From positions 33,725-97,724 of the forward strand of contig JBOHGG010000015.1 of NCBI GenBank assembly GCA_050700115.1: a stretch of DNA of 64,000 nt. The letters are read 5' to 3'. A model generated the notes under the pieces. The model was not told where the DNA came from. It saw only the letters and a program-made list of their open reading frames with translations, and searched no databases. How positions within the stretch are numbered: the stretch's first letter is position 1; each line of letters begins with the position of its first letter. The position numbers and the translations under genes are program-made. Positions 18,433 through 29,487 of the stretch are shown in pieces. The DNA is from Pseudonocardiaceae bacterium. Lineage in GTDB: Bacteria > Actinomycetota > Actinomycetes > Mycobacteriales > Pseudonocardiaceae.

Positions 18433-18669
18433 TCAGCCGTGGCTGCTGTCAGCACTGGTGCCGGTGAAGCTGAAGCTGTAGCTGGAGTCGGACCCGCCGT
18501 AGCCGAACCATCCGAGGAAGTTGAACTTGGATACACCCTGGCCGTCGGCGCCGTGCGTACCCGGGTCGCCGTTCGCGCCGGTGGCGCTCAGCAGCGACAG
18601 GACGGTGCGGGCCGGCAGCAGCTCCACGTATTGCTCGCCGAGCTCGGCGAAGCTCATCGCGTCAGACAT
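18433..18669 (-). CDS. Small leader-like peptide (78 aa), function unknown
   Basis: Good SD (gggggattcgATG). No signal peptide. N-terminal FAELGEQYVELLPARTVLSLL, then a Gly/Ser/aromatic-rich tail FNFLGWFGYGGSDSSYSFSFTG. Confidence 0.55.
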   Translation of the reverse strand: MSDAMSFAELGEQYVELLPARTVLSLLSATGANGDPGTHGADGQGVSKFNFLGWFGYGGSDSSYSFSFTGTSADSSHG

Positions 18670-18872
18670 CGAATCCCCCTAGGACAGGCGGTCCCGGTCG
18701 CCCGGGCACGGAAGACGCCTCACCGGCGGCAGAGCCGGTTCGGCATCACCCACCGTGCCTACGGGAGGGGTCCTGTTGCAATCCGTAATCCCACGTAACT
18801 CTTAAGTGGCCTACGTACACGAACCCCCCGAGCCTGCACAGCGACAAGCATCCAGGTGGCCGCTCGCGAGGG

Positions 18873-21800
18873 TCAGCCGATGTAGGGGCGGCCGGTGTAG
18901 GACTCGCCGATGAGGGTGGGTAGGCGGGTCCAGCTGGGGCGCCGAACCTGGCCGACGCGCAGGTCGACCAGACCGACGGGGTGGGTGTAGACGACCTCCT
19001 CGACGTGGCCCCAGCCCAGCGTGGGCACGCCCGGCGGCATGAGCTGTGACGGCAGCTCGATGAACGTCGCGGTGCGGTCGACCTGTACCAGGGTGCCCCC
19101 GTTGCCGTCGAAGGTCGAGTTGTCGGCGACTGAGCTCTCCAGCCCGTCGGCGGCCCGCAGCCGCACCTGGGGGGCCTGTACCAGGCCGTTTCGCACGGTG
19201 ATCTGATCCTGGCAGGGCCACAGCCCGGCGGATACCTGGTCGGCGAACACCGGCCGGTCGGCGATGACATCGGTGACCGGCCGCGGCAGCGCCAGCCGTG
19301 GTTGCGCGACAGCCAGCCAGCTACCCGGACCGGGGACGCGATCCTGCGCTATCACCCGCACCGCGCTGGGCGCGTGCAGGCCGGCGTCGGCCAGCGCGAC
19401 GGTGACCTCGGTCCAGCCGGCTGTCTTCCCGATCGGGTCCAGTGGCACCGTGCGCACCCGGTCCGGTGCGGCTGGGTTCCCGGCTCCCACCTGCACCTCG
19501 AGCCGCTGGTCCTTGGTGAGCGTACCCAGCAGCCCCACCACCACCCGGCCGTCGGGGACCGGGCCGGGCAGCGGGTACCAGGGAGTCTGGACGGTCCCGG
19601 TCCCGGTGCCGCCGGACACGTCGTCGTGCCACACCGTGCTGTTCGATGGACTGTTCATCGGCGGCTGTAGTGAATCCGCCAGCGTTGAGTCCGGCAGCGG
19701 CGCCTCGCGCATGTCCCCAGTGAGCCCGGTGGTCCCGGTGGCCGGTCCGAGGCCAGGCTCGGCGCCGGTGAACACCGTCACCGACGTCGCCAGCCCGCAG
19801 GGGTCGCCGGCGAGCGCGCGCAGGTTCATCAGCGCCACCGAACTGCCGGGGTGCTGACGCAGCGGCGCGATCGTGAACACAGCGAGCATCAACGCCACCC
19901 CGAGGCCGGTCGCGGTGACCAGCACGGCCCGATCCGGGCCCGGCCAACCCCGGCGCCGCGCCCACCACCAGCCCGCACCGGCGACCGCTAGCCACAGCAG
20001 CGGGTTGCGCAACGACAGCGGTCCGACCGACGGGGCGAGCAGGCTCTGTAGGTAGGGGGTACCGAGGAGGATGTGGTTCCCGAAGGGCTGGCCCCAGTCA
20101 GAGTAGGGCCGCCACAGATTGGGGCCGGCGAAACTGACCGACGCGGCGGCCACCAGCCCCGCGGTGCCGATGGCCATCGCTGCGGTACCGGCCCGCCGCG
20201 GGAGCGGGGAGCGGATCACCGCGGCGGCGAGCAGCACCGTGGCGGGTGCGGCGATGGCACCGAAGTGGTTCACCCACTTCGTCGGCGTCAGCGCCATCGC
20301 CACCAGGCCGATCGCGGTGATCGCCGCCATCTCGCCGAGCAGCCGGCCGGTGCGTCCCCCGGTGCCGCCCCGCCGCCCGGCCCCGATGGCCACGGCCAGC
20401 AACACGGCCAGGGTGAGCAGCACTGGCAGCCGCTCGCCCCAGGCCCCCCGATCGTCGGCGACGAGCAGGTTCGCGTAGTGCAGGTACTCCTCGTACCAGG
20501 CGTGCTGGCGGTAGTACCAGCGGTGTACCGCGACCGATTCCAGCACGTCGCCGAGGGTGGCGTCGGCGAACCCGACCGGAACCACGACCGAGGCGGCCGC
20601 ACCGGCCAGCAGCACCGCTGCCACCCGGCCAGCCAGATCGGCGGCCCGCCACCACTGCCACAACCACGGCAGGCACAACACCAGCGGCGCGCTCGCGACC
20701 AGGCCGGTGGGGGAGACCGTGACGGTGAGCGCGGCGACCGCAGTGGCCGCCGCGAGCACCCCGACCGAGCGGCGCCGCCGGGCCAACTCGGCCAGCACCA
20801 GCACCGCCGCCGCGCCCAGCGCGATCAGCGGTTCGGGCCGCAAGGTGATCCCGTAGGCAAGCCACCAGAGCAGGTGCGCGGCCGCCACCGCCCACGGGAC
20901 CAGCGGTCGCTGCGCTGCCCGGTCGAGCACGGTCGCGACCAGCACCCGCAGCAGCGCGTAGGTCGCCAGCCCGTAGCCCAGCGGCAGCAGCCGCATCCAG
21001 CCCAGGCTCCAGTTGCCTGCGACAGCGCCCCAGGCCTGCATCACGTACTGGCTGGTGGAGAACGGGTTCTCGGTGACGTTGAACTGGTAGATAACGTTGC
21101 CGATATAGCCCGAGTCCATCGCGTTGCGGGCCATCAGCAGGTACCACGAGTCGTCGATGTTGACCGGGCCCAGCACCACCCAGATCAGCGAGACCCCGAT
21201 CACCACGGCATCAGCCCACGACGGTCGTGGACGGACCAGGCCTGGCCCATCGCCGCGCCACCATCGCCAGGCCAGCACGAGCAGTACCGCGAGCGCGAGA
21301 CCATGCGCGACCAGCAACGCGGTCTTGAGCAGTGTGGGGCTGGACTGGTATCGCGCGTCGGTGTGCAGCGTCAGGGCCAACCCGCTAGTTGGCCCCACGG
21401 CATCGGTCTGCAGCTGCGCGACCTGGGGCACCAGCAGGTCAGGCCGGGTGCCGATGTCGGTGCCGTCGCGGGACACCCGAATCCCGCCGGCACCGGCGAG
21501 GACCTGGTAGGAGCAGTCCCCGGCCGGCAGTGCCTCGCGGGTGAGCTCGGCACCGGAGGCGGTGACCGTCACCGTGCCCTGGGCTGCGGCTACTACCAGG
21601 CCTGCACCCGGGGCGGTGCCCACGTCGGCGGGCAGCGTGCGCAGCGCCTCGCCGCCACCCGGGCGGGCGTCCAGCTCCTGCAGCGTCGCGCATCCGACGG
21701 TGGCCGTGAGCTGCAGCGGGCGGTAGGGCGACAGCGGCAGCACGGTCGAGGTGGGCTGTTGCCCAGCGCGGGGCCAGCTCACCACCGGATCGTCGGCGAT

Positions 21801-21929
21801 CACCGGGGCGAGCACCGCGAGGATCCCCAGCACCCCGGTGATCAGCGCCAACGCCGCGATCGTCCACCCGATCCGGCGCCGACTACCGGCGTCGCGGCTA
21901 GCGGGGCTGGGATGAGCCGGGCTGGACAC
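18873..21929 (-). CDS. Emb-family arabinosyltransferase, divergent subtype (paralog of 39116..42331)
   Basis: DDPVVSWPRAGQQ, NIDDSWYLLMARN (DD motif variant), PTKWVNHFGA, FAGPNLWRPYSDWGQPFGNH, C-terminal VVYTHPVGLVDLRV. Confidence 0.85.
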   Translation of the reverse strand: MSSPAHPSPASRDAGSRRRIGWTIAALALITGVLGILAVLAPVIADDPVVSWPRAGQQPTSTVLPLSPYRPLQLTATVGCATLQELDARPGGGEALRTLPADVGTAPGAGLVVAAAQGTVTVTASGAELTREALPAGDCSYQVLAGAGGIRVSRDGTDIGTRPDLLVPQVAQLQTDAVGPTSGLALTLHTDARYQSSPTLLKTALLVAHGLALAVLLVLAWRWWRGDGPGLVRPRPSWADAVVIGVSLIWVVLGPVNIDDSWYLLMARNAMDSGYIGNVIYQFNVTENPFSTSQYVMQAWGAVAGNWSLGWMRLLPLGYGLATYALLRVLVATVLDRAAQRPLVPWAVAAAHLLWWLAYGITLRPEPLIALGAAAVLVLAELARRRRSVGVLAAATAVAALTVTVSPTGLVASAPLVLCLPWLWQWWRAADLAGRVAAVLLAGAAASVVVPVGFADATLGDVLESVAVHRWYYRQHAWYEEYLHYANLLVADDRGAWGERLPVLLTLAVLLAVAIGAGRRGGTGGRTGRLLGEMAAITAIGLVAMALTPTKWVNHFGAIAAPATVLLAAAVIRSPLPRRAGTAAMAIGTAGLVAAASVSFAGPNLWRPYSDWGQPFGNHILLGTPYLQSLLAPSVGPLSLRNPLLWLAVAGAGWWWARRRGWPGPDRAVLVTATGLGVALMLAVFTIAPLRQHPGSSVALMNLRALAGDPCGLATSVTVFTGAEPGLGPATGTTGLTGDMREAPLPDSTLADSLQPPMNSPSNSTVWHDDVSGGTGTGTVQTPWYPLPGPVPDGRVVVGLLGTLTKDQRLEVQVGAGNPAAPDRVRTVPLDPIGKTAGWTEVTVALADAGLHAPSAVRVIAQDRVPGPGSWLAVAQPRLALPRPVTDVIADRPVFADQVSAGLWPCQDQITVRNGLVQAPQVRLRAADGLESSVADNSTFDGNGGTLVQVDRTATFIELPSQLMPPGVPTLGWGHVEEVVYTHPVGLVDLRVGQVRRPSWTRLPTLIGESYTGRPYIG

Positions 21930-22079
21930 CGCGGCAGAGTATGGGGCCGGGGGCGCGTGGCAGGCGCTGGGTCGTGTGGTCAGCCCGCGGCGCGGTAGCT
22001 CGGGAGGCTGAGTGCACTCAGGTCAGCCGGCCAAGCCTTCCTTGTCGTCGCGGACCGAAGCGGTCAGCGTCGGAGCAGC

Positions 22080-23200
<1,121 letters not shown>

Positions 23201-23204
<4 letters not shown>

Positions 23205-24991
23205 ATCTCCTTGGAAGTGACCTTCCCCCGGTGCGTGCTGGCGAGTCGTTTGAGGACGGCGGTGGCGATGCCGGCCGCATCCAGGCCGTGGGCGCGCAGG
23301 ATCTGATCGCGCGAGGCGTGTGGCAGGAACCGGGGTGGCAGGGCGAAGGTGGCCGCGCAGGTGTCCGCCCCGGCGGCGGCCAGCGCCTGGGCGATCCGGG
23401 CACCGAGCGCTCCGGTGGTCGTGGTTTCCTCGACGGTGAGCACCAGGCGGTGCGCGCCCGCCATTTTGAGCAGAGCCGGGTCCAGCGGCGCGATCCAGCG
23501 TGGGTCGATCACGGTGACCGGCACGTCGTGGGCGGCGAGCTCGTCGGCAGCGGCCAGGCAGGGCCCGGCCAGCGATCCGACGGCGACCAGCAAACCTACG
23601 GCAGCGGGGTCGTCACGGAGAATGTCGCACTGCCCGATCCTGCCGGTGGCGGGGATGTCTGGACCCGCGGTGGCCTTCGGGTAGCGGATCACGGTGGGCC
23701 CGTCGGCGATGTCGACGGCTTCGCGGAGCAGTTCGCGCAGCCGGGCACAGTCCCGGGGCGCGGCAAGACGCAGGCCGGGCACGACCGGCAGCACCGAGGC
23801 GTCCCACATGCCGTGGTGGCTGGGCCCGTCCGGGCCGGTGATCCCGGCCCGGTCCGCCACGATGGTGACCGGCAGCTGGTGCAGGGCGACGTCGGTGAGC
23901 AGCTGGTCGAAGGCCCGGCTCAGGAACGTGGAGTAGATGGCGACCACGGGGTGCAGGCCGCCGATGGCCAGCCCGGCGGCGCAGGTGACGGCATGCTGCT
24001 CGGCGATCCCGACATCGAACACCCGGTGCGGGAACCTCGCGGCGAAGGCGCCGAGACCGGTGGGGTGGAGCATCGCCGCGGTCAGGCACACCACGTCGTC
24101 ACGGTCGGCGCCGATCGCGGTGATCTCCTCGGCGAACACCGAGGTCCAGGTCGGCTTGCCGACCGAGCGGGGGCAGCCGGTGCTGGGATCGATGACGCCG
24201 ACGGTGTGCAGGCAGTCGGCGTCATCCTGCTCGGCCGGCGGGTATCCCTTGCCCTTGCGGGTGACGCAGTGCACCACGACGGGACGGCTCAGCCTGCTGG
24301 CCCGTCGCAGGGCGTTCTCGACGGCGGTGATGTCATGCCCGTCGACCGGTCCGAGATAGGCCAGCCCGAGATCCTCGAACAGCGTGTGCCGGTCCACCTT
24401 GGATTGACGCAGTTCAGCGAGGTGGCGGGCGAGCCCGCCGACGGTCGGTGAGTAGGAGCGTCCGTTGTCGTTGAGCACGATGATCACGGGCCGGTCCGGG
24501 GCCGCGCCGATGTTGTTGAGCGCTTCCCAGCACATGCCGCCGGTCAGCGCCCCGTCGCCGACGATCGCGACGACCCGCCGGTTGGCGTCACCCCGCAGCG
24601 CGAACGCCTTGGCCAGGCCGTCGGCGTAGGACAGGGCGGTGGAGGCGTGCGAGTTCTCGATGACGTCGTGGACGGACTCGGCCCGGGACGGGTAGCCGGA
24701 CAGACCGCCGGCTTGGCGCAGCGAGTCGAACTCGGCGCACCGGCCGGTAAGGATCTTGTGTACGTAGGCCTGATGCCCGGTATCGAAGAGCAGGACGTCC
24801 CGGGGTGAGTCGAACACCCGGTGCGCGGCGATGGTCAACTCGACCGCACCCAGGTTCGGTCCCAGGTGCCCGCCGGCGCCGGAAACCTTGTCGATCAGAA
24901 ACGCGCGGATCTCCTCGGCCAGCACAGCAAGCGCCGCGGTGGACAGTCCGGTGAGGTCGGCTGGCCCGGTGATGCGGCCGAGCAGGCTCAC
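23201..24991 (-). CDS. dxs: 1-deoxy-D-xylulose-5-phosphate synthase
   Basis: [50 protein letters not shown]. 4-nt overlaps on both sides. Confidence 0.9.
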
Positions 24992-25947
24992 GATCGCCGC
25001 ACCGCTGCAGGCAGGGTGAAATGGACGGTCTCGCGGGTGGTCTCGCGTTCAACCACGGTGACCGGCCCCAGCTCGGCCAGGGCGGCAATGACAGCCTCGA
25101 CCAGCCGGGGTGGGGCCGAGGCACCCGCGGTCAACCCGACCACCCCAACCCCGTCCAGCCATTCGGGGCGGATGTCGCTGGGGTCGTCGATGAGGTAGCT
25201 GGGCATGCCGTGGCGGTTCGCGAGTTCCACCAGCCGCACCGAGTTGGAGGAGTTCGTCGAACCGACCACGAGCACCAGATCCGACTCCTCGGCGATGGCC
25301 TTGAGCGCATCCTGGCGGTTCGTCGTGGCGTAACAGATGTCGTCGGACGCCGGGCCCCGCAGCGCCGGGAACCGGGCCCGCAGCGCAGCGACCATCTGGG
25401 TCGTCTCGTCCACAGCCAGGGTGGTCTGCGTCAGATACGACACCCGCTCTGGGTCGGCCACCTCCAACTCCGCCACCTCGTCGACGCTCTGCACCAGGAC
25501 GGTCTGGTCCGGGGCCTCGCCCAGGGTGCCTTCGACCTCCTCGTGCCCGTCGTGGCCGATCAGGACCACGGTGTCGCCCCGGGCGGCGAACCGGCGGGCC
25601 TCGGCATGCACCTTGGTCACCAGCGGGCACGTCGCGTCGATCACTTCCAGCCCGCGATCAGCGGCCTCGGTCCGCACCGCCGGGGACACCCCGTGCGCGG
25701 AGAACACCACTGTGGCCCCATCCGGAACGGCGTCCAGCTCGTCCACGAACACCGCCCCGTGCGCCTGTAGATCGGCCACCACGTGCACGTTGTGCACGAT
25801 CTGTTTCCGCACGTAGATCGGGCCGCCCCGCTGGTCCAGCAACTGCTCAACGACCGCGATGGCGCGTTCGACGCCGGCGCAGAACGACCGCGGTGAGGCA
25901 AGCAAGACGGTGCGGGCTCCAGCGGGGCTATTCGCGGTGACCGACAT
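24988..25947 (-). CDS. ispH: HMBPP reductase IspH (LytB)
   Basis: [47 protein letters not shown]. Confidence 0.9.
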   Translation of the reverse strand: MSVTANSPAGARTVLLASPRSFCAGVERAIAVVEQLLDQRGGPIYVRKQIVHNVHVVADLQAHGAVFVDELDAVPDGATVVFSAHGVSPAVRTEAADRGLEVIDATCPLVTKVHAEARRFAARGDTVVLIGHDGHEEVEGTLGEAPDQTVLVQSVDEVAELEVADPERVSYLTQTTLAVDETTQMVAALRARFPALRGPASDDICYATTNRQDALKAIAEESDLVLVVGSTNSSNSVRLVELANRHGMPSYLIDDPSDIRPEWLDGVGVVGLTAGASAPPRLVEAVIAALAELGPVTVVERETTRETVHFTLPAAVRRS

Positions 25948-25976
25948 CTGGGTGCCTCCTAGAGACTCGGCGGAGT

Positions 25977-27071
25977 TCAGTTGTCACGGTGAGTAGCCAG
26001 CCGGGACAGCGCGCCTAACTCTCGGGCGGCTCGCGGTACCGGGCGTGCTGATTCCAGGTCGCGCATCGCCTGCGCCAGCAGGTCATCGACCTGGGTCTGG
26101 CTCCAGGCGCGGCCGCCCGCGACGTCGATCAGTGTCGCGGCGTGGACCAGGTCGGTATCAGATAGCGGCGCCTCGCGGTGGTAGAGCTCGGCCAGTTCGG
26201 GCCCGGCCACGGTTCCCGAGGCCACGGTTCCCGAGGTCACGGTGCCTGAGGTCAGGGCGGCCACTACCGGAAGGGACTTCTTGCGGCTGCGCAGGTCTGA
26301 GTAGACGGGCTTGCCGGTCACGGCTGGGTCTCCCCAGATGCCCAGCAGGTCGTCTACGTGCTGGAACGCCAAGCCCAGGTGCGCGCCGAAGCGGCGGAAA
26401 TGATTGACCTGCCCTGGGCTGCCCCCTCCGAACGCGGCGCCCACCGCGCAGGCGCACTCGATCAGGGCACCGGTCTTTCGCTCGGCCATACGCACGCACT
26501 CGGCCAGCTCGACCTCCGCGCGTTGCTCGAAATCCAGGTCCGCGCTCTGGCCGTCTATCAGATCCTGGACCGCGGCGCTGAGCATTCGGGTCGCGTCCGT
26601 GGTGGCCGGGTGCCCGCTGGCGGCGAGTACGTCGAAGGCCAATGTCAGCAACGCGTCTCCGGCCAGGATCGCCGCATTGAGACCGAACACGCTCCACGCC
26701 GTGGGGCGGTGGCGGCGGGTGAGGTCACCGTCCAGCACGTCGTCGTGCAGGAGCGAGAAATTGTGCACCAGCTCCACGGCCACTGCGGCTGGCACCGCGG
26801 CGGCCGGAACCCCGCCGACGGCCTGGGCACTCAGCAGTGCCAGCGTGGGGCGGATCGCTTTGCCGCCAGTGCCGTTTTCTGTGCCCTTTTCTGGGGCCGG
26901 GTACAGCTGGCCGTGCTCGTTCCACCAGCCGAAGTGGTAGCCGGCGATGCGCTGCATCGACGAGGGCAGGGTGTCGACCGCCGCGCGCAGGGCGGGTTCG
27001 ATAATAGCTCGGCTCCACGCGAGTACCTCGCGCGCCGACCGGCCCTCGGCCTTCACGTCAATGGTGGTCAT
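25977..27071 (-). CDS. Short-chain polyprenyl diphosphate synthase (GPP/FPP synthase type)
   Basis: First Asp-rich motif [12 protein letters not shown] (Phe at -5) and second [13 protein letters not shown]. Contains an in-frame SGTV x3 repeat. Confidence 0.8.
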   Translation of the reverse strand: MTTIDVKAEGRSAREVLAWSRAIIEPALRAAVDTLPSSMQRIAGYHFGWWNEHGQLYPAPEKGTENGTGGKAIRPTLALLSAQAVGGVPAAAVPAAVAVELVHNFSLLHDDVLDGDLTRRHRPTAWSVFGLNAAILAGDALLTLAFDVLAASGHPATTDATRMLSAAVQDLIDGQSADLDFEQRAEVELAECVRMAERKTGALIECACAVGAAFGGGSPGQVNHFRRFGAHLGLAFQHVDDLLGIWGDPAVTGKPVYSDLRSRKKSLPVVAALTSGTVTSGTVASGTVAGPELAELYHREAPLSDTDLVHAATLIDVAGGRAWSQTQVDDLLAQAMRDLESARPVPRAARELGALSRLATHRDN

Positions 27072-27086
27072 GATCCTGCCCTCCTC

Positions 27087-28517
27087 CTATCGGTCTATTT
27101 CGACGTTTTCGAGGATGCCGAGTGCGTCGGGAACCAGGACGGCCACGGAGTAATAGGCGCTGACGAGGTAGGAGATGATGGCCTTGTCGTTGATCCCCAT
27201 GAAGCGCGCGTTGCACCCGGGCTGGACCTCATCGGGGATGCCGGTCTGATGCAGGCCGATCACGCCTTCGTCTTCCACGCCAGTACGGAGCGCGAGAATG
27301 GAGCTGGTGCGAGTCTTGGTGATGGGGATCTTGTTGCAGGGCAGAATTGGTACGCCGCGCCAGGACATCACCATATGGCCGTCGATGTCGACGTTCTGTG
27401 GATAAATTCCTCGGCGGTTGCATTCTCGGCCGAACGCGGCGATGGTGCGTGGATCGGCCAGGAAGAACCTCGTCTTTCTCCTTCGGGTGAGCAGCTCGTC
27501 GAGGTCGTCGGGGGTGGGGGGCCCGGCCCGGGTGGTGATGCGCTGTTTGACGTCGGCGTTGTGCAGGAGCCCGAACTCGCGGTTGTTCATCATCTCGTGC
27601 TCTTGCCGTTCCCGCAGCGCCTCAATGGTCAGCCGCAGCTGCTGCTCGACCTGGTTCATCGGATTGTTGTACAGATCCGCCACCCGGGTGCTCACTCGCA
27701 ACACGGTCTGCGCCACGCTCAGCTCATACTCCCGGGGTGCGATCTCGTAATCGACGAAAGTCGCCGCCAGTTCGGGCTCCCCCACATGGCCCGAGGTCAC
27801 CTCGATGGCGGCCTCGCTGTGTTTGTTCTGTGGCTTTCTGGCGTCGGCCCGGAACCGTTCCAGGTGAATCCGCAACGTCTCGGACTGGCCGAGTGCCTCC
27901 TCGAATGCCTGCTGGGGTAGCGTCAGTACCGTGCAGGCGGTCACCGCCCGGACGCTGTAGCCCCAGGTGTCCGGGGACCCGGTGCCCAGTGAGTCCGCTA
28001 ACTCCCGATCACCGAAATAGTCCCCGTCGACCAGCAAATCCAGCACTGCCGGTTCGCCGAACTCCCCAGCACCGATCTTGTTGACCTTGCCATGGGCGAT
28101 GAGGAACAGCTGATCAGCCGGCTGGCCCTCTTCCACAAGCGCGTCACCCGCCGCGAACTCCCGCTGCGCGAACCGGCCCGCCAGCGCACCCAGCAACTCG
28201 GCGTCATCTAAACCCCGCAGCATCGGCAACTCACCCAGCCCGCCGGGAATGACCCGCACCTCAGCCCCCACCGTGGTGAACGTCACCCGCCGGTCGCCCA
28301 CCAGATAAGTCAACCGGCGGTTTACCCGGTACGTCCCGCCCGAAACCTCCACCCACGGCAACGCTCGCAACAGCCACCGCGACGTGATCCCCTGCATCTG
28401 CGGCACGGACTTGGTCGTCTTCGCCAATTTGCGGGCCGCGGCGGTGCTGAGGCTTAATTGAGGCGGGCTCAACTGTGACTGCTCGGCAGCATCGACGTTC
28501 GGATCCGTCATGGTCAC
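27087..28517 (-). CDS. cNMP-binding EshA-like protein (Family 2B encapsulin shell candidate), copy 1
   Basis: [37 protein letters not shown]-type cNMP domain [19 protein letters not shown]-terminal [23 protein letters not shown]. Same architecture as the cnb/EshA gene of Streptomyces 2-MIB operons. Confidence 0.7.
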   Translation of the reverse strand: MTMTDPNVDAAEQSQLSPPQLSLSTAAARKLAKTTKSVPQMQGITSRWLLRALPWVEVSGGTYRVNRRLTYLVGDRRVTFTTVGAEVRVIPGGLGELPMLRGLDDAELLGALAGRFAQREFAAGDALVEEGQPADQLFLIAHGKVNKIGAGEFGEPAVLDLLVDGDYFGDRELADSLGTGSPDTWGYSVRAVTACTVLTLPQQAFEEALGQSETLRIHLERFRADARKPQNKHSEAAIEVTSGHVGEPELAATFVDYEIAPREYELSVAQTVLRVSTRVADLYNNPMNQVEQQLRLTIEALRERQEHEMMNNREFGLLHNADVKQRITTRAGPPTPDDLDELLTRRRKTRFFLADPRTIAAFGRECNRRGIYPQNVDIDGHMVMSWRGVPILPCNKIPITKTRTSSILALRTGVEDEGVIGLHQTGIPDEVQPGCNARFMGINDKAIISYLVSAYYSVAVLVPDALGILENVEIDR

Positions 28518-28566
28518 TGCACCTCATCAATCTCGGTACGGCCGGGCATCGACGCTTCGGTAGGAA

Positions 28567-29421
28567 TCAGACCCGATCGGCGGCGATGAGCAGGTAGTGG
28601 AAGCTGCCCTCGCGGTACGCCGTCAGGAACGGGTCCTCGATCCCGGTGGCCACTGAGGACTTCGCTCGGAGTTCCCAGTACGGGATGGTATGGGCGGTCA
28701 GATCGATGACGTTGATCGGGACGAGATTATTGACCGTCAGCGCCTTGAAGTAGTCGCTCCTGGGGTGGATGTTACAGATGTAGTGCTCGTCGATCCGGCT
28801 GACCGCTTTGGATCGCCCACCCGTCACATCGTTATAGCAACCGGTGATGCAGACGTAGCGACCGCCGAACTCCAGTTGGCGGGCATGCTCGGCGAAGAGC
28901 TCGAACAGGTCCACGTACATGGTGCTTTCGTTGTTCCAGATTCCCCGATGCGATCCCGTCTCGAAACCGGTGTCCAGCATGTTGCGGAAGTGGAATCTCA
29001 CGTTGTCGGCCACGCCTCGCTGCCTGGCCTGGTCGTTGGCGAACTCGACCTGTTGCTCCGAGATCGACACTCCGTCCACCTGACAGCCGAAGCGTTGGTG
29101 GGCCATGAAACTGGTGCCGCCGCGGCCGCACCCGGCATCCACAAGGCGGGCACCGGACGAGACGTCGCCGAGGTGGTCAAGCAGGACCATCGCCTGCGCG
29201 GTCTCCAACCGGTGCATCTCGGTGATGATCCGGTCGTCGCGGGTGTCCTCGGGGCCTTCCAACACAGACGGGTCATAGTCGCCGATCCCGTAGTGGTGGT
29301 GGTAGAGCCCGTCGACATCACCGAGCAGCAGGTTGACCGGGTCCTTCTCGTTGTTCCAGTACGCCGCAACAGACTTCTGGTAGGCGGTGTGGAGCACGTT
29401 GGCGACGGTAGTTGTGGTCAT
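28567..29421 (-). CDS. Geranyl diphosphate 2-C-methyltransferase (SAM-dependent)
   Basis: LVDAGCGRGGTS SAM motif. YWNNEKDPVNLLLGDVDGLYHHHYG and IWNNESTMYV are typical of GPPMT. Adjacent to a C11-type cyclase. Confidence 0.85.
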   Translation of the reverse strand: MTTTTVANVLHTAYQKSVAAYWNNEKDPVNLLLGDVDGLYHHHYGIGDYDPSVLEGPEDTRDDRIITEMHRLETAQAMVLLDHLGDVSSGARLVDAGCGRGGTSFMAHQRFGCQVDGVSISEQQVEFANDQARQRGVADNVRFHFRNMLDTGFETGSHRGIWNNESTMYVDLFELFAEHARQLEFGGRYVCITGCYNDVTGGRSKAVSRIDEHYICNIHPRSDYFKALTVNNLVPINVIDLTAHTIPYWELRAKSSVATGIEDPFLTAYREGSFHYLLIAADRV

Positions 29422-29487
29422 GGTGGACCTCCTTCTGCTTGTCAGGCTGAACAGCCGGCGGGTGCCGAGGCCGGATTGGTGGACCGC

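Noticed and set aside
18433-18669. RiPP biosynthetic gene cluster around the small peptide.
   Set aside because: No lanthionine synthetase, cyclodehydratase, radical SAM, protease or ABC exporter lies adjacent. Only the precursor-like ORF is present, so no cluster can be claimed.
20073-21998. 641-aa plus-strand ORF.
   Set aside because: It is antisense to the well-supported Emb gene 18873..21929. The product is Arg/Gly/Pro-rich with no motifs, a typical shadow frame of high-G+C coding DNA.
22008-22021. 14-nt palindrome CTGAGTGCACTCAG after ispG, as an operon terminator.
   Set aside because: The stem is very short and there is no U-tract. It could be chance or a restriction-type palindrome.
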